From a virus (lineage: Duplodnaviria; Caudoviricetes), in IMG/VR virus record IMGVR_UViG_3300037137_001787, positions 1-52,148 of that record: a stretch of 52,148 nucleotides of DNA. One strand, written 5' to 3'. This document shows positions 19,162 to 28,969 of the stretch, piece by piece. Position 1 is the first letter of the stretch. Each line of letters begins with the position of its first letter. The notes under the pieces are model-generated. The model worked only from the letters and a program-made list of their open reading frames with translations, did not search any database and had not been told where the DNA came from. The translations under genes were made by a program, and so were the position numbers.

Positions 19162-19551
19162 ATGAGTATATGGCAAGGTATCCCGAAAACAACAGAAAAG
19201 AGTAAACGATCACAATATCTAGAAAAATCAATAACAGAACGATTTTATACACATTTTGTTAAAGGAAATAAAGATGATTGTTGGATATGGAATGGCTCAT
19301 TACATAACGGATATGGTATTTTTGTGTATAATTATGTTCGGATATATGCTTATAGATATTCTTATACTCTAAAATATGGCGCCTTCCCTGAAAATATGTT
19401 AGCATGTCATGCATGTAATAATAGAAGATGTGTGAATCCAGATCACATCTACCCTGGAACGCCTGCGGAAAATCAGCAAGACCAATCATTTAGACCACAC
19501 GCAAACCCTCATAGATTAAAAACTTATAAAGTCAAAAGGATAACTATTTAA
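19162..19551 (+). CDS. HNH endonuclease (phage HNH_3 type)
   Basis: CWIWNG...GYG...YRYSY...CHACNNRRCVNPDHIYPGTPAENQQD. Confidence 0.9.
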   Translation: MSIWQGIPKTTEKSKRSQYLEKSITERFYTHFVKGNKDDCWIWNGSLHNGYGIFVYNYVRIYAYRYSYTLKYGAFPENMLACHACNNRRCVNPDHIYPGTPAENQQDQSFRPHANPHRLKTYKVKRITI

Positions 19552-19971
19552 ACTAATAAGTTCATAAGTAAAAATGCTGCTTTACGCGGCAGGAGAAAAT
19601 AAACTATGAACAACTATGAAACACAATTTAATAAGTATGTGGCCGCCACAATTGACGAAACCGCAAAGCACGGAATAAATGTGCATCAAATCGATTGGCT
19701 TGGTGTGATGCTGGAAGCAAGACGCATTTTTAATGAACGATATATTGAGGTGTGAACTATGAAATATGAAATCGGAGTTAAGAGTGGGCATGGAAATATC
19801 TATTACACAGGCATGACAATACATGCAGAGAACAGAGATATGGCAATAGACAACTACTTCACGATATCCCATGATGATGTGGCGCGAAATCTGGTATATG
19901 CGAATGAGGTGTGAGCAGGGCAAGCGCAGAGAGCGGCGGATTACATAACCGCTGCTAATTAATTTTTTGGA

Positions 19972-20406
19972 GTGATAAATATGAGTACTAAAATGGAAGC
20001 AATCGAAGCTATCAAGACAGTACGCGAGTACATGCCAACAGCAGAACTAAACGCGATAGCCAGAGGATGCAGAAGCGAAGAAAAACAGTTTTTCTTTGAT
20101 AAACTGGTAGAAATGGCGCAGATAATCAATACCATGCCGGTAACGTATGAGCAGGACGGCAAGGGAGATCAAGCAATAGCATACCTGCACTACTTCAAGG
20201 GTAATCAGGACTGGTACATCACAGAGCGCGATATAGGCGCGCCTGGAGATTTTGAGCAGAGGCAGGCGTTTGGCTTAGCAGACCTGGGATATGGCGCAGA
20301 ACTAGGCTATATTTCAATTGTGGATTTATGTACGGCAGGGATTGAACTTGACCTGCACTTCACGCCGTGCACCTTGGGAGAAATACGCGCGGAGGCAACA
20401 ACATGA
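19972..20406 (+). CDS. DUF2958-like protein
   Basis: YLHYF..DWYITE..AFGLADLGYGAELGYISI..ELDLHF. Confidence 0.7.
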   Translation: MINMSTKMEAIEAIKTVREYMPTAELNAIARGCRSEEKQFFFDKLVEMAQIINTMPVTYEQDGKGDQAIAYLHYFKGNQDWYITERDIGAPGDFEQRQAFGLADLGYGAELGYISIVDLCTAGIELDLHFTPCTLGEIRAEATT

Positions 20407-20545
20407 GCGCGCTGGATGATATGACTATGGACGAACTGGTAAGACTTGAGAACAAATATAATGAAGATCGGACTGGCTTTATACTACAGGTGCGGACAGC
20501 AATCAAACACAAACAGATCGCCGCATTTCGCGCGGAGGCAGAAGC

Positions 20546-20851
20546 ATGAGCAGAGCACAGGCAAAAATACTCATGCGCCGGTCAATAGCCGGCGCTCATC
20601 CGCTTTTGAACGAAAAAATCAAATGGAGATACAACCAGCGGCAGCGCGCGGCAGAGCAGGCAGGATTGAACTTTCGATATCATGGCAGGATAGTACCCGT
20701 GCATGGTATCCGTAAGTTCTTAGAGGCAAATAACTATCATACCGGCGCGCATGGTCTCTGCATGGTATGCGGCAGAGAGGCGCAGGTATGCGAATGTAAG
20801 ATCATAGTTCAAGATCGAACCGGCGCGGTTGTCCGGGAGATGATAGTATGA
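20546..20851 (+). CDS. Hypothetical protein with a CxxC..CxC Zn motif
   Basis: ORF with a GGAGG RBS in the early operon. Confidence 0.55.
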   Translation: MSRAQAKILMRRSIAGAHPLLNEKIKWRYNQRQRAAEQAGLNFRYHGRIVPVHGIRKFLEANNYHTGAHGLCMVCGREAQVCECKIIVQDRTGAVVREMIV

Positions 20852-21146
20852 CCACAGGCGAACTTAAGCAATGGCTTTTGAATGAAGCACTACCTGGGTT
20901 TGTTATGATAATCATACTCATGATAATCGCGGGAGGTTTATCTGTGTTGTTGTTTGGGAGGCCATGATGAAGCACCGTAAGGACGGGAAGCATTGTAATT
21001 GTCCCGAATGCCGCGCGGAAGGTGTGCGTTTTTGGAAACATCATAGAAGCAATAGAAGGTAAGATAACACCTATAACTAAGTGGTAAGTATAATACAAAT
21101 AAGTATATAACCATTTAGTTACTATTTATATTAAGGATTACCTAAT

Positions 21147-21458
21147 ATGACACGAGTACAGAAACAACTATCTTTACCTGCCGAATACTGGCAGGCTATA
21201 GAATCGAATATAGACCACAAACTTATAAGGTCACGTGGAGACGCATTATTAAGTATATTAGATAAAGTGTATCCTCACTTAACTACAGCAGTACATACAC
21301 CTATACAACCACAGCCCAAAAAGCCCAAATCACCATTATGTAAAAAATGTAAACATACAGAAGAAGCACACGGTAAGGAGTATTGTTATGGAATACTTAA
21401 TAACGGGGGCGCATGTCACTGCCAACAATTCACAGCAGAAGCAGAGCAGGGCGCGTAG
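21147..21458 (+). CDS. RHH-like plus Zn-finger protein
   Basis: KQLSLP..W RHH-like N-terminus, CKKCKH..H..C..CHC C-terminus, TATA-like boxes upstream. Confidence 0.55.
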   Translation: MTRVQKQLSLPAEYWQAIESNIDHKLIRSRGDALLSILDKVYPHLTTAVHTPIQPQPKKPKSPLCKKCKHTEEAHGKEYCYGILNNGGACHCQQFTAEAEQGA

Positions 21459-21649
21459 CCATGACCTCATATTATCCCAGCAATGAGTACGGCGTGTTCC
21501 ATTTCGTGATGGGGACACAGTCGGATACAACCCTTCTTGTGTTGGTTCTGGTGGCGATTACGATCCTGGTAGGCGCGTGGTACATCTGGCTACACGTGCC
21601 TGCGAAATCATGATACGCACAGCCACAGCAGAACTGGACGAGTTGATAT

Positions 21650-21895
21650 TTATTTCCGGTTTGATGAAACTTTCTTAAAGTTTCTTTTCGTGAAGTGCTG
21701 CACTATCGCGCGATCGATCTGCTCAGGATCATTCCTGAACTTCTCGATAAGAACACTTACCATTTCCTGAACTGTAGCAGCAGAGAAAGGCGCGTCATCG
21801 AAACGCAAGTTCAAGATATTCCGCGCGTCCTTGATGTTCTTATCACTCCAGATATATCGGGGGTAAGCCGGATCATTAAACTGCATTATTCCCAA
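21650..21895 (-). CDS. Hypothetical protein
   Basis: Overlaps the primase stop on the same strand. Confidence 0.5.
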   Translation of the reverse strand: MGIMQFNDPAYPRYIWSDKNIKDARNILNLRFDDAPFSAATVQEMVSVLIEKFRNDPEQIDRAIVQHFTKRNFKKVSSNRK

Positions 21896-24669
21896 CCTCG
21901 TGATTTACAAAAGTTGCTAATTAAGGTCTTAATTGTGTAATTATCGTCCTTATTTTCGTTATTTTCGTCTATTTCAGGGTCTAAATTTGACATAATATGC
22001 ACTTCCATTTGATCTTTTAGTTTCTCGAGATGAATAAAACTATTTGGTTTAGGTATCTTCTCATACTCTTTCTTTAAAATATCTCTTATTTTCTCTTGGA
22101 CAGATTGGACAGATTGGACAGATTGAGAAATTATACCATTTCCGTTACCATTGGACGCATTGGACACGTTGGACACATTATTATTACATGTGACTGTCGT
22201 ACTTAATGGGGGGCTATGGCTAAACAATCTGTCCAATGCGTCCAAATAAGAAATATCAAGTAGCCCGTTATCGATGGACAGATGGACAGATGTTAAATTC
22301 GCATTCATCTGACATCCTCTCTTAATTCTGACCCCTTTTGCTTTCTCACTGATAATATCTCTTTCATTCAATGCCTGCGAGAATGCCTTATCAGATAATT
22401 TATAAATGTGTTTATATTCACACCATTTTAAAAATAAATTATATAATAATTGAAATGAAACAGAACATTCTTTCCCTATAACACAACATGTCTCTAAGAA
22501 CTCCCCAAGCGAATCCATCTCATCAAAATATGTTTCTGTGGCTGCTTTTGCTTTATCAGGAAACCCAATTCCATTTTCCTGCCATGCTTTTACTCCCTGG
22601 AGTGCCCAATTTAATATTCCGGGTGCTTCTGCATGTAATTTTCGATCAAGGTCTTTATCTTTCTCTGCATCGGGAATCTTCACACTAAACGGTATAAATC
22701 GTATGCGCCTGTGTAATCCTTCATCAACGCTTTTTATAACAGGTTTATGATTAAAAGAAATAAATAATTTAAATTGTGGTTGATATTCTTCAGGCTCGCA
22801 GAACTTCCGGCAACACGATATCTTTTCTCTCCCCGTAACGTCCTTAATCTTTCCCTCATCGAGGCGTTTGCCTTTGTTGGGTTCTGATGCGTATGCGAAT
22901 CTTACCCCTTTCAGTGCTGCGATATCAGAGGATAATGCGGACTCGTTCTTCATTTCCATGACTGTATGGATAGCTGTTTTTCTTGCGTACTCTCCCATCA
23001 TGAACGCCAGCGCGTCTATGAACTTGCTCTTACCGTTCGCGCCTGTGCCGTATAACATGAATATACACTCTTCTGAACTATCGCCAGTCAAGGCATATCC
23101 CGCCGCGCGCTGCAAGAACGTAATCATACTCTCATCATCCTGCATTATGCGTTTCAAAAACCCCGCCCATATAGGAGCAGTAGCATTGTTATCATAAGTT
23201 ACGTTTGCAACTTGCGTAATCATATCCTCGCGCCGGAACTCCCGGAATGTCCCGGTTCGTAAATCCACCGTGCCATTAATTACATTGATTAAATATTTAT
23301 CCTTATCAAAATCATCCGGGTCTATGGCTACTCCCGGCAATCCCTGTGCCAGCCTTATCATTGCCATGATGTGATGCTCGGACTCGGATTTTTCGGCGTG
23401 ATCTAACAATTCAGCGCCGTCAGAATTTCTATCCATTTTACCAGCCTCTACATGCATGTTCTGTAACACCTGATCAACGCAAGGAACTATTCCACTATTA
23501 TCTTTTTCTATCCATCTCTTTCCATCATAAATCATCCATGTTTTCCACACCGGAACATATCTCAGATTCCCTCTATGAAATTCAACGAATCGTTTGGCGT
23601 TTCCTAAATCTGTATAAGGTAATTGTTTGATTTCATTGAGATGATCTGATGTGCTTTTTTTCTTTTTTTCTTTTGGTTTGTTCTTGCAAGATTCACATAA
23701 TCCATTAAGAAACACTGAGCAGTTCTCAATGATTTTCTTACAACCCATCGGCTTTTTTCCAGTGGCTATATAATTCTCAACAGATTTTATTTGATTCTCG
23801 GATGTTTCCCTGGAATAATCAGATTGTATCTTAAAATAATCATGTACTTGTTCGTTTGTGGCGCCGTTATAAATCATATCGCCAGCAATCGCTAAATGAA
23901 ACTCATGCCCCGCATCGCCTTTCCCATGTAAATTTAATTTCTCGTCATACGCTTTGACTATACAGGGTTTAATATTTTCTATTTTAAATACATCATAAAA
24001 GTATGCGCCTGTTTTTATGGGGGGAATTTTTCCTTCGTTCAAAGCATCAACACTAAATACACTATCAGGCAATGCCATTAAATAATTTATTGCATCCTGT
24101 TTTTCAAATGGTTGCATCGTTTCAGGATTGATGATTTGGGATCTCGCTTTTGTTCGATTATTAAATTGAAATGGCAGCTTTACAAGGTTGCCAAAACTAT
24201 CGGGGTTTACTTCTGTCTGTTTTGGGAATACTTCATGTCCTTTCAAATCAAGCGTCTTAAGAACCGTATCAAGAACAGTTTTACATGTTTTTGCAGATGT
24301 TGGTTTGCAGATTAATCCAATATGTGCGCCCTGGCTTAACTCCCCACCCGATGCTTCTATGTACGGGTTGAGTCCAATTCGTTTTAACTCATTGACTATT
24401 TTCAAAACACTATCGTTCACATTCACATTATTATCATGATTATCAACATCGATCTGAGGATTCGTACAGGTATTGTTTACCGGATTGACAATGTATGCGC
24501 CGATAGTTTTTTTTTCGCCTAAAATCGAATCATAGATATCATTTTCAGTAAGTTTGAGTTTCTTTGTGAAATATCCATAACGTCCTTTAGTATCTGCCTT
24601 TGTGTTCTGTTGTGCCCATACATCCCAGCGCGAAATAATTCTTTGATATACCTCAAACTCATTGGTCAC
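21886..24669 (-). CDS. AEP primase - D5/P4-type SF3 helicase (927 aa)
   Basis: AEP motifs IDVD, SGG..GAH and GNLVKLP, a Cys cluster, D5_N TDLGNAKRF, Walker A GTGANGKS, and RRIRFIPF. Confidence 0.92.
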   Translation of the reverse strand: MTNEFEVYQRIISRWDVWAQQNTKADTKGRYGYFTKKLKLTENDIYDSILGEKKTIGAYIVNPVNNTCTNPQIDVDNHDNNVNVNDSVLKIVNELKRIGLNPYIEASGGELSQGAHIGLICKPTSAKTCKTVLDTVLKTLDLKGHEVFPKQTEVNPDSFGNLVKLPFQFNNRTKARSQIINPETMQPFEKQDAINYLMALPDSVFSVDALNEGKIPPIKTGAYFYDVFKIENIKPCIVKAYDEKLNLHGKGDAGHEFHLAIAGDMIYNGATNEQVHDYFKIQSDYSRETSENQIKSVENYIATGKKPMGCKKIIENCSVFLNGLCESCKNKPKEKKKKSTSDHLNEIKQLPYTDLGNAKRFVEFHRGNLRYVPVWKTWMIYDGKRWIEKDNSGIVPCVDQVLQNMHVEAGKMDRNSDGAELLDHAEKSESEHHIMAMIRLAQGLPGVAIDPDDFDKDKYLINVINGTVDLRTGTFREFRREDMITQVANVTYDNNATAPIWAGFLKRIMQDDESMITFLQRAAGYALTGDSSEECIFMLYGTGANGKSKFIDALAFMMGEYARKTAIHTVMEMKNESALSSDIAALKGVRFAYASEPNKGKRLDEGKIKDVTGREKISCCRKFCEPEEYQPQFKLFISFNHKPVIKSVDEGLHRRIRFIPFSVKIPDAEKDKDLDRKLHAEAPGILNWALQGVKAWQENGIGFPDKAKAATETYFDEMDSLGEFLETCCVIGKECSVSFQLLYNLFLKWCEYKHIYKLSDKAFSQALNERDIISEKAKGVRIKRGCQMNANLTSVHLSIDNGLLDISYLDALDRLFSHSPPLSTTVTCNNNVSNVSNASNGNGNGIISQSVQSVQSVQEKIRDILKKEYEKIPKPNSFIHLEKLKDQMEVHIMSNLDPEIDENNENKDDNYTIKTLISNFCKSRGWE
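22096..22290. repeat. 9-bp TTGGAC-core iteron-like repeats inside the primase 3' region
   Basis: ttggacaga x3 (22096-22122), three variants (22151-22177), two inverted copies (22228-22245) and atggacag x2 (22274-22290). Confidence 0.8.
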
Positions 24670-24878
24670 TGTTTACCACCCAAAATATTATCGATCAACA
24701 CAAAATCACAATTCAATCTGCCTGAGTTCCTTAAACTTCGGATCTCAAGTGAATCCCCAGAATGCCACACTTTAATTTTCCCACATTTGGGTACTACTTC
24801 TTCTTTACATTCAGGACATATAGCAATAGTTCTGGGTGATGCGCGGATTCTTTCAAGATGATGTAGAGCGATAAGCAT
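24666..24878 (-). pseudogene. Truncated CoiA-like N-terminal Zn-ribbon fragment
   Basis: AICPECKEEVVPKCGKIKVWH with no following nuclease domain. Confidence 0.5.
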
Positions 24879-24928
24879 AATCTTGCCTATTCAAAAGTTA
24901 GTCGTGCGGTCATGTACATAAGGCGCCC

Positions 24929-25087
24929 CTATTCGAATGTCAGCAGCGCAGTCTTTTGTCCTGTATCTTCAATAGTGCATTTTCGGGGTTCGGTTGTCTC
25001 TTTCAGATTGAAATAGCGCGCCATATTAGCCGGGATACGGACACACACCGAATCCCCTACGTTGAAAACAGTAGTATCATCCTTCAT
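24929..25087 (-). CDS. AbrB/MazE-like DNA-binding protein (52 aa)
   Basis: Translated by hand: MKDDTTVFNVGDSVCVRIPANMARYFNL. Confidence 0.65.
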   Translation of the reverse strand: MKDDTTVFNVGDSVCVRIPANMARYFNLKETTEPRKCTIEDTGQKTALLTFE

Positions 25088-25089
25088 AA

Positions 25090-25235
25090 CATCTTAATAC
25101 ACATATAATATATATATAACTTTCGACTCTTAGAACGTGGTGTCAAGGGGTACGTTCATTCATACCCTAACCGCAATTTATTTATACCTTAAAGTACATA
25201 AGTATGATTGCCGACAAGGCAAATGGAGGAAATAA
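25090..25235. promoter_or_regulatory. Divergent archaeal promoters
   Basis: TATATATA tract (~25105-25119) and TTTATTTATA (~25177-25186) between divergent operons. GGAGG RBS before 25239. Confidence 0.5.
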
Positions 25236-25238
25236 ACT

Positions 25239-25460
25239 ATGACAACAATCGAACATATGAAAATGAGCAATGTACAGTATAACTACAAATTCGATAAGAA
25301 CGAGTACGACTTCACAAAAGAACTTGACGGTGCTATCATAGACGTGTCTGTGTTAACTATGTTGGTAGTCTGTGAGAAGTGTACTCAAGAAATAGAGCAA
25401 GAAGCTATAATCAAGAACGGAAGACCGTTTCATTATACCTGTTCTGGTATTGAGTTGTGA
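25239..25460 (+). CDS. Hypothetical protein
   Basis: GGAGG RBS and a CxxC motif. Confidence 0.6.
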   Translation: MTTIEHMKMSNVQYNYKFDKNEYDFTKELDGAIIDVSVLTMLVVCEKCTQEIEQEAIIKNGRPFHYTCSGIEL

Positions 25461-25463
25461 GGT

Positions 25464-25715
25464 ATGAACATGAGCAGAGCAGATTTTGATCTTGAAGCCA
25501 ATGAAGAGCGCGGCCAACAGCAAGCACTCCGGGAAGAGAAGTTCCTGGAGGATTGGAAAGAAGAGCAGTGGCAGAAGAAGCAAGTACCGAAATACCTGAA
25601 CTGCGATGATATCGGCGCATTCACGAAAGAAGTGAAGTGCCGGCACTGTAATGCGATACTTCCACATGACCTTGCATTCCAGATCAAACATCTGGAAAAT
25701 TGCAGAGGACTCTAA
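25464..25715 (+). CDS. Hypothetical Zn-finger protein
   Basis: GAGGT RBS and a CRHC...H...C motif. Confidence 0.6.
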   Translation: MNMSRADFDLEANEERGQQQALREEKFLEDWKEEQWQKKQVPKYLNCDDIGAFTKEVKCRHCNAILPHDLAFQIKHLENCRGL

Positions 25716-25903
25716 AATATGCTAATTCTAAAAGAAAACAACGAGAACTGGTTTGTATTAGAATCAGACTATCGAGTTATGGGGCTTGATTATAAGGATT
25801 TGGTTGAGGTTAATCGATTAACCCGCGAGAAACTGGTTCAGATCGAACGAAGAAAATCGCAAGCCATCCTCTAATTTTTCAAAATAAAAGAGAGGTAAAA
25901 ACT

Positions 25904-26254
25904 ATGAGTGAAATAATAAATATTGCAAAACCAACAAAAGAAGCAATTAGAGAAATAGCAGAACAAGAAAAGATAACAAGAAGAGGGTTGATAGATGCAT
26001 TCATAAATATCGATACGGGCGAGTGCGCCGGGATTTTCTGGAGAAATGATGGATATTCTTGGTATGAAAATGAGCCAGAAAATACCTATATGGTCTCAAT
26101 TCCAGCAAGAACAGAACTTGATGAGACAGGGGAAGATTGGGAAGAAGAACTGAAAGACAACATAGACAGAGCGATAGATAGACTCATAGAGAAAATAGAG
26201 AAGCAGCGCTGCTCAAGAAGGAGAAAGTGGTCAGCGCCAAGCTCAGTGGGGTGA
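25904..26254 (+). CDS. Hypothetical acidic protein (C-terminus probably altered by an insertion)
   Basis: GAGGT RBS. The last ~14 codons run into GC-rich structured sequence. Confidence 0.6.
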   Translation: MSEIINIAKPTKEAIREIAEQEKITRRGLIDAFINIDTGECAGIFWRNDGYSWYENEPENTYMVSIPARTELDETGEDWEEELKDNIDRAIDRLIEKIEKQRCSRRRKWSAPSSVG

Positions 26255-26352
26255 TTTAGGATCGTATCAGGCTAATCCCCGCGACTTCAGTCGTGGGATA
26301 CAGCCGTAACTCACCGAAACAATTATTACTTATGATAACCATCTACTATTAA

Positions 26353-26793
26353 ATGAGCAAACAAGAACACTGGATAAGCGGCAGAGGTTGTGTTTACAAC
26401 ATCAACTATCATATGGTATGGAGTACCAAATACCGTAAAAAGGTGTTGATAGGTGATATTGTGGATTACTTGAAACAATTACACGAACAGATTGCAGGTG
26501 AAAAAGGTATAATATTGAGAGAACAAGAGGTAATGCCTGACCATGTTCATCTGTTCATAACAGCTCATCCTAAATATTCGCCATCTCAGATCGTAAAAAT
26601 CTTTAAAGGAATTACAGCAAAAGAACTATTTGAAAAATTCCCTATACTGAGAACCAGAATGTATAATAGGGGACATCTCTGGAACCCAAGCTATTATTGC
26701 GGTACTATGGGCGATGTGACAAAGGATATAGTTCTAAAATATATTGAAATGCAGAAGGTCAAAGATAAAAATGATATTCCAGAAATCTCTTAA
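26353..26793 (+). CDS. tnpA: IS200/IS605 Y1 HUH transposase TnpA
   Basis: YHMVWSTKYRKK, DHVHLF (HUH), LWNPSYY and KYIEMQ (catalytic Tyr). Confidence 0.95.
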   Translation: MSKQEHWISGRGCVYNINYHMVWSTKYRKKVLIGDIVDYLKQLHEQIAGEKGIILREQEVMPDHVHLFITAHPKYSPSQIVKIFKGITAKELFEKFPILRTRMYNRGHLWNPSYYCGTMGDVTKDIVLKYIEMQKVKDKNDIPEIS

Positions 26794-28051
26794 AATCCCT
26801 ATTCATTACGATACAACAAACACCAAAATAGGTATACTGGATAGGCTAACAGCAAGAATAACATATTGTATTATGCTTATTTCAGGACTCATTACTGATG
26901 AAACAGAGATAGATAGAAAAACAATACGAAAAATAGTCAAAGATAACGATATCGCATCAAAAACGGGTTTGTCAGCAGGTTTCATAGATCAGTGTATAGA
27001 TAAGGTCGTCTGGTCATGGAAATCGTATAAGAAACTTCATAATGATTGGGAAAAGAAGGTCAATCGAGCAGAGGAAAGAATAACATCATCAAGAGATGAT
27101 AAAGAAAAAGAGAAAAGAGAGAAATCATTTGACAAACTACTCAAAAGAGAACCATCAATACCTGCGTTTGAAGAAAAGACTCCATGCAGGATAGATTACA
27201 GAACAGGAAACATGCAGTGGGGAAAGGGTAAATTTTCACCATTGTGGATCCGTATATCCACACTGGAGAAAAACAAAAGAATAGATATTCCTTTAAATCC
27301 ATCTCAGTATCATCTGAACCAGCTTCAGAATGCTGAAATAGATGATTTTGAGATCATAAAGCTAAACAATAAATATTACGTTCATATTTCTATCACGAAA
27401 GTGGTAGAGGATAAACCAATAAGATCCATCGGAGGTATAGATCAGGGTCTGAACAGATCCATAGCAGTCGTACTGCTGGAAACACCTGTACCTCGTGAAG
27501 AGCTTTTATTGGATGCAGTAAAGAGAGATCTTCTGGATAAGTACGATAATATAATATCATCGTTACAGGAATCCGGGAAATGGGATAAACTCAGAGAACT
27601 CAGGAACAAAAGAAGTAACGTATCAACATACCATGACTGGTGTCTTGCAAACGAAGTAGCTGACTTCACCGAAGGTTCTCTGATAGCTATAGGTAACACT
27701 CCATTCAGACAGACCCAGTTCAGAGGTAATGGCATGCCCACACTACGAAAACGAATCGGTAAGTGGAGTTATGGTAGACAGAGGATGTTCATAGCTCTGA
27801 AGAGAGCTGAACGTGGTTATTCCACAAAACTAAGAGAAGAAAGGAACACGTCACGAGAATGTCATTGCTGTGGCTCGTTGCTCACCACACGAAAATGGTC
27901 AGATGGCAGTTCATATATCCTCTGTCATTCCTGCGGAGTGAAAGAGGATGCTGATATCAATGCTGCATACAATATAGCTTTTCGATGCCAGGATGACTGG
28001 CTGAAAGTGCAGATGAACATGATAGGAGAAAAACCTCATGCGAGTGCATAA
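26744..28051 (+). CDS. tnpB: Divergent TnpB with rearranged RuvC-II (start probably MIFQKS, 26771)
   Basis: GIDQG, IAIGN in place of the E-motif, EERNTS, CHCC..CHSC and DADINAAYNIA. Confidence 0.85.
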   Translation: MKCRRSKIKMIFQKSLKIPIHYDTTNTKIGILDRLTARITYCIMLISGLITDETEIDRKTIRKIVKDNDIASKTGLSAGFIDQCIDKVVWSWKSYKKLHNDWEKKVNRAEERITSSRDDKEKEKREKSFDKLLKREPSIPAFEEKTPCRIDYRTGNMQWGKGKFSPLWIRISTLEKNKRIDIPLNPSQYHLNQLQNAEIDDFEIIKLNNKYYVHISITKVVEDKPIRSIGGIDQGLNRSIAVVLLETPVPREELLLDAVKRDLLDKYDNIISSLQESGKWDKLRELRNKRSNVSTYHDWCLANEVADFTEGSLIAIGNTPFRQTQFRGNGMPTLRKRIGKWSYGRQRMFIALKRAERGYSTKLREERNTSRECHCCGSLLTTRKWSDGSSYILCHSCGVKEDADINAAYNIAFRCQDDWLKVQMNMIGEKPHASA

Positions 28052-28089
28052 GAATGGATGCTCGCCTTTTCAAAGGCGAGAGAAGTCAC

Positions 28090-28716
28090 AAAAACAGTAT
28101 CAGACAGATTGGGGAGAAACTATGAGCAGTTCACTTCTGCAAGAGACCGAACAGAACAACATGGTCTCTCAGATTATTTTCTCCAATCTATTCTATAGAG
28201 AGACCCAGGCGGGAAACAACATCCTATCCACCTTCGAAACACCTGTTGTTTCCGTCTGTACTATTCGGGATGATGTTCAGAGCCACCCGTATATCAATGG
28301 TAAAGATATATCGAATGCTCAGGAACCAAAGACGGATTCGCGATCCGTTCATCCCCTTCCGGCACGCATCGGATCACCCTCATGTCTGCCGGATACAACG
28401 GGCGCAGGACAAATCTTTTACACCACTAACCCCCACTCCTGCGCCCACTATAATTATCAAAACATCGGTTCTGGTTCAGCTATCGCGGGTTCAGTCTCGC
28501 TCCACCACAACCAAACAACCACACCTCCGAACAAAACAGAAGGAAGAAAGGTACGACATCCGACAAGGCGAGAAAGTCAGGAAAGATTCCCGGCAGGGAC
28601 TCAACTACACAAATTAGCTTACGGTTGTGTAGCCTTTCCATACCCCGTATCCTTGTCGGAAGGCGACTTGCCGGGGCGGACCTCCCCGGCATTCTACTGA
28701 CGCGGGGGTAATTCAC
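28090..28716 (+). ncRNA. Putative large structured non-coding RNA of unknown family
   Basis: At least 8 stems, e.g. 28206-21/28244-58, 28400-09/28437-46 and 28559-68/28651-60. G-U wobbles favour the + strand. Linkers are A/C-rich, and the overlapping ORFs look non-protein-like. Confidence 0.65.
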
Positions 28717-28730
28717 AGGAGATTCATTAA

Positions 28731-28928
28731 ATGCCGTCAGGACAACCAACATTCGATAAAATAAACGATTTGCTTGTTTCTGATTCGTGCTTTGAGATTT
28801 TGAAGGATTTGGGGCGCGCAGTTGAAAATTACAATACTAAATTTGGACGAGAGATGTTGCATAATGCTATTAAAAAAATTCAGGCATTAAAAAAAGCACA
28901 TGATCTTACGCCAGGAACCAAGCGATAA
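28731..28928 (+). CDS. Hypothetical protein
   Basis: AGGAG RBS. Confidence 0.55.
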   Translation: MPSGQPTFDKINDLLVSDSCFEILKDLGRAVENYNTKFGREMLHNAIKKIQALKKAHDLTPGTKR

Positions 28929-28969
28929 CTATTTAAGCCAATAGTATCATACAATGATATTGTGATTGT

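Larger units (their letters stand above)
26268..28089 (+). mobile_element. IS200/IS605-family element 2 (TnpA + TnpB)
   Basis: Left-end hairpin cccgcgacttcagtcgtggg. Right-end hairpin ctcgccttttcaaaggcgag followed by agaagtcac. Confidence 0.88.

Noticed and set aside
28426-28433. CTAACCC telomerase-template-like heptamer in an RNA loop
   Set aside because: A single 7-mer is expected by chance, and no RT is encoded.
28038-28700. 220-aa and 123-aa ORFs over the structured region
   Set aside because: Pro/Ser/Thr/Arg-rich with no motifs and crossing an IS end. Better explained as by-products of GC-rich RNA stems, although coding is not formally excluded.
28090-28716. Assignment to group I/II intron or RNase P RNA
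   Set aside because: Only partial look-alikes (gcgggaaa, gttcagag, aagatata, aacagaag). No P7 pairing, no group II domain V, and no GAGGAAAGUCC-type RNase P core were found.
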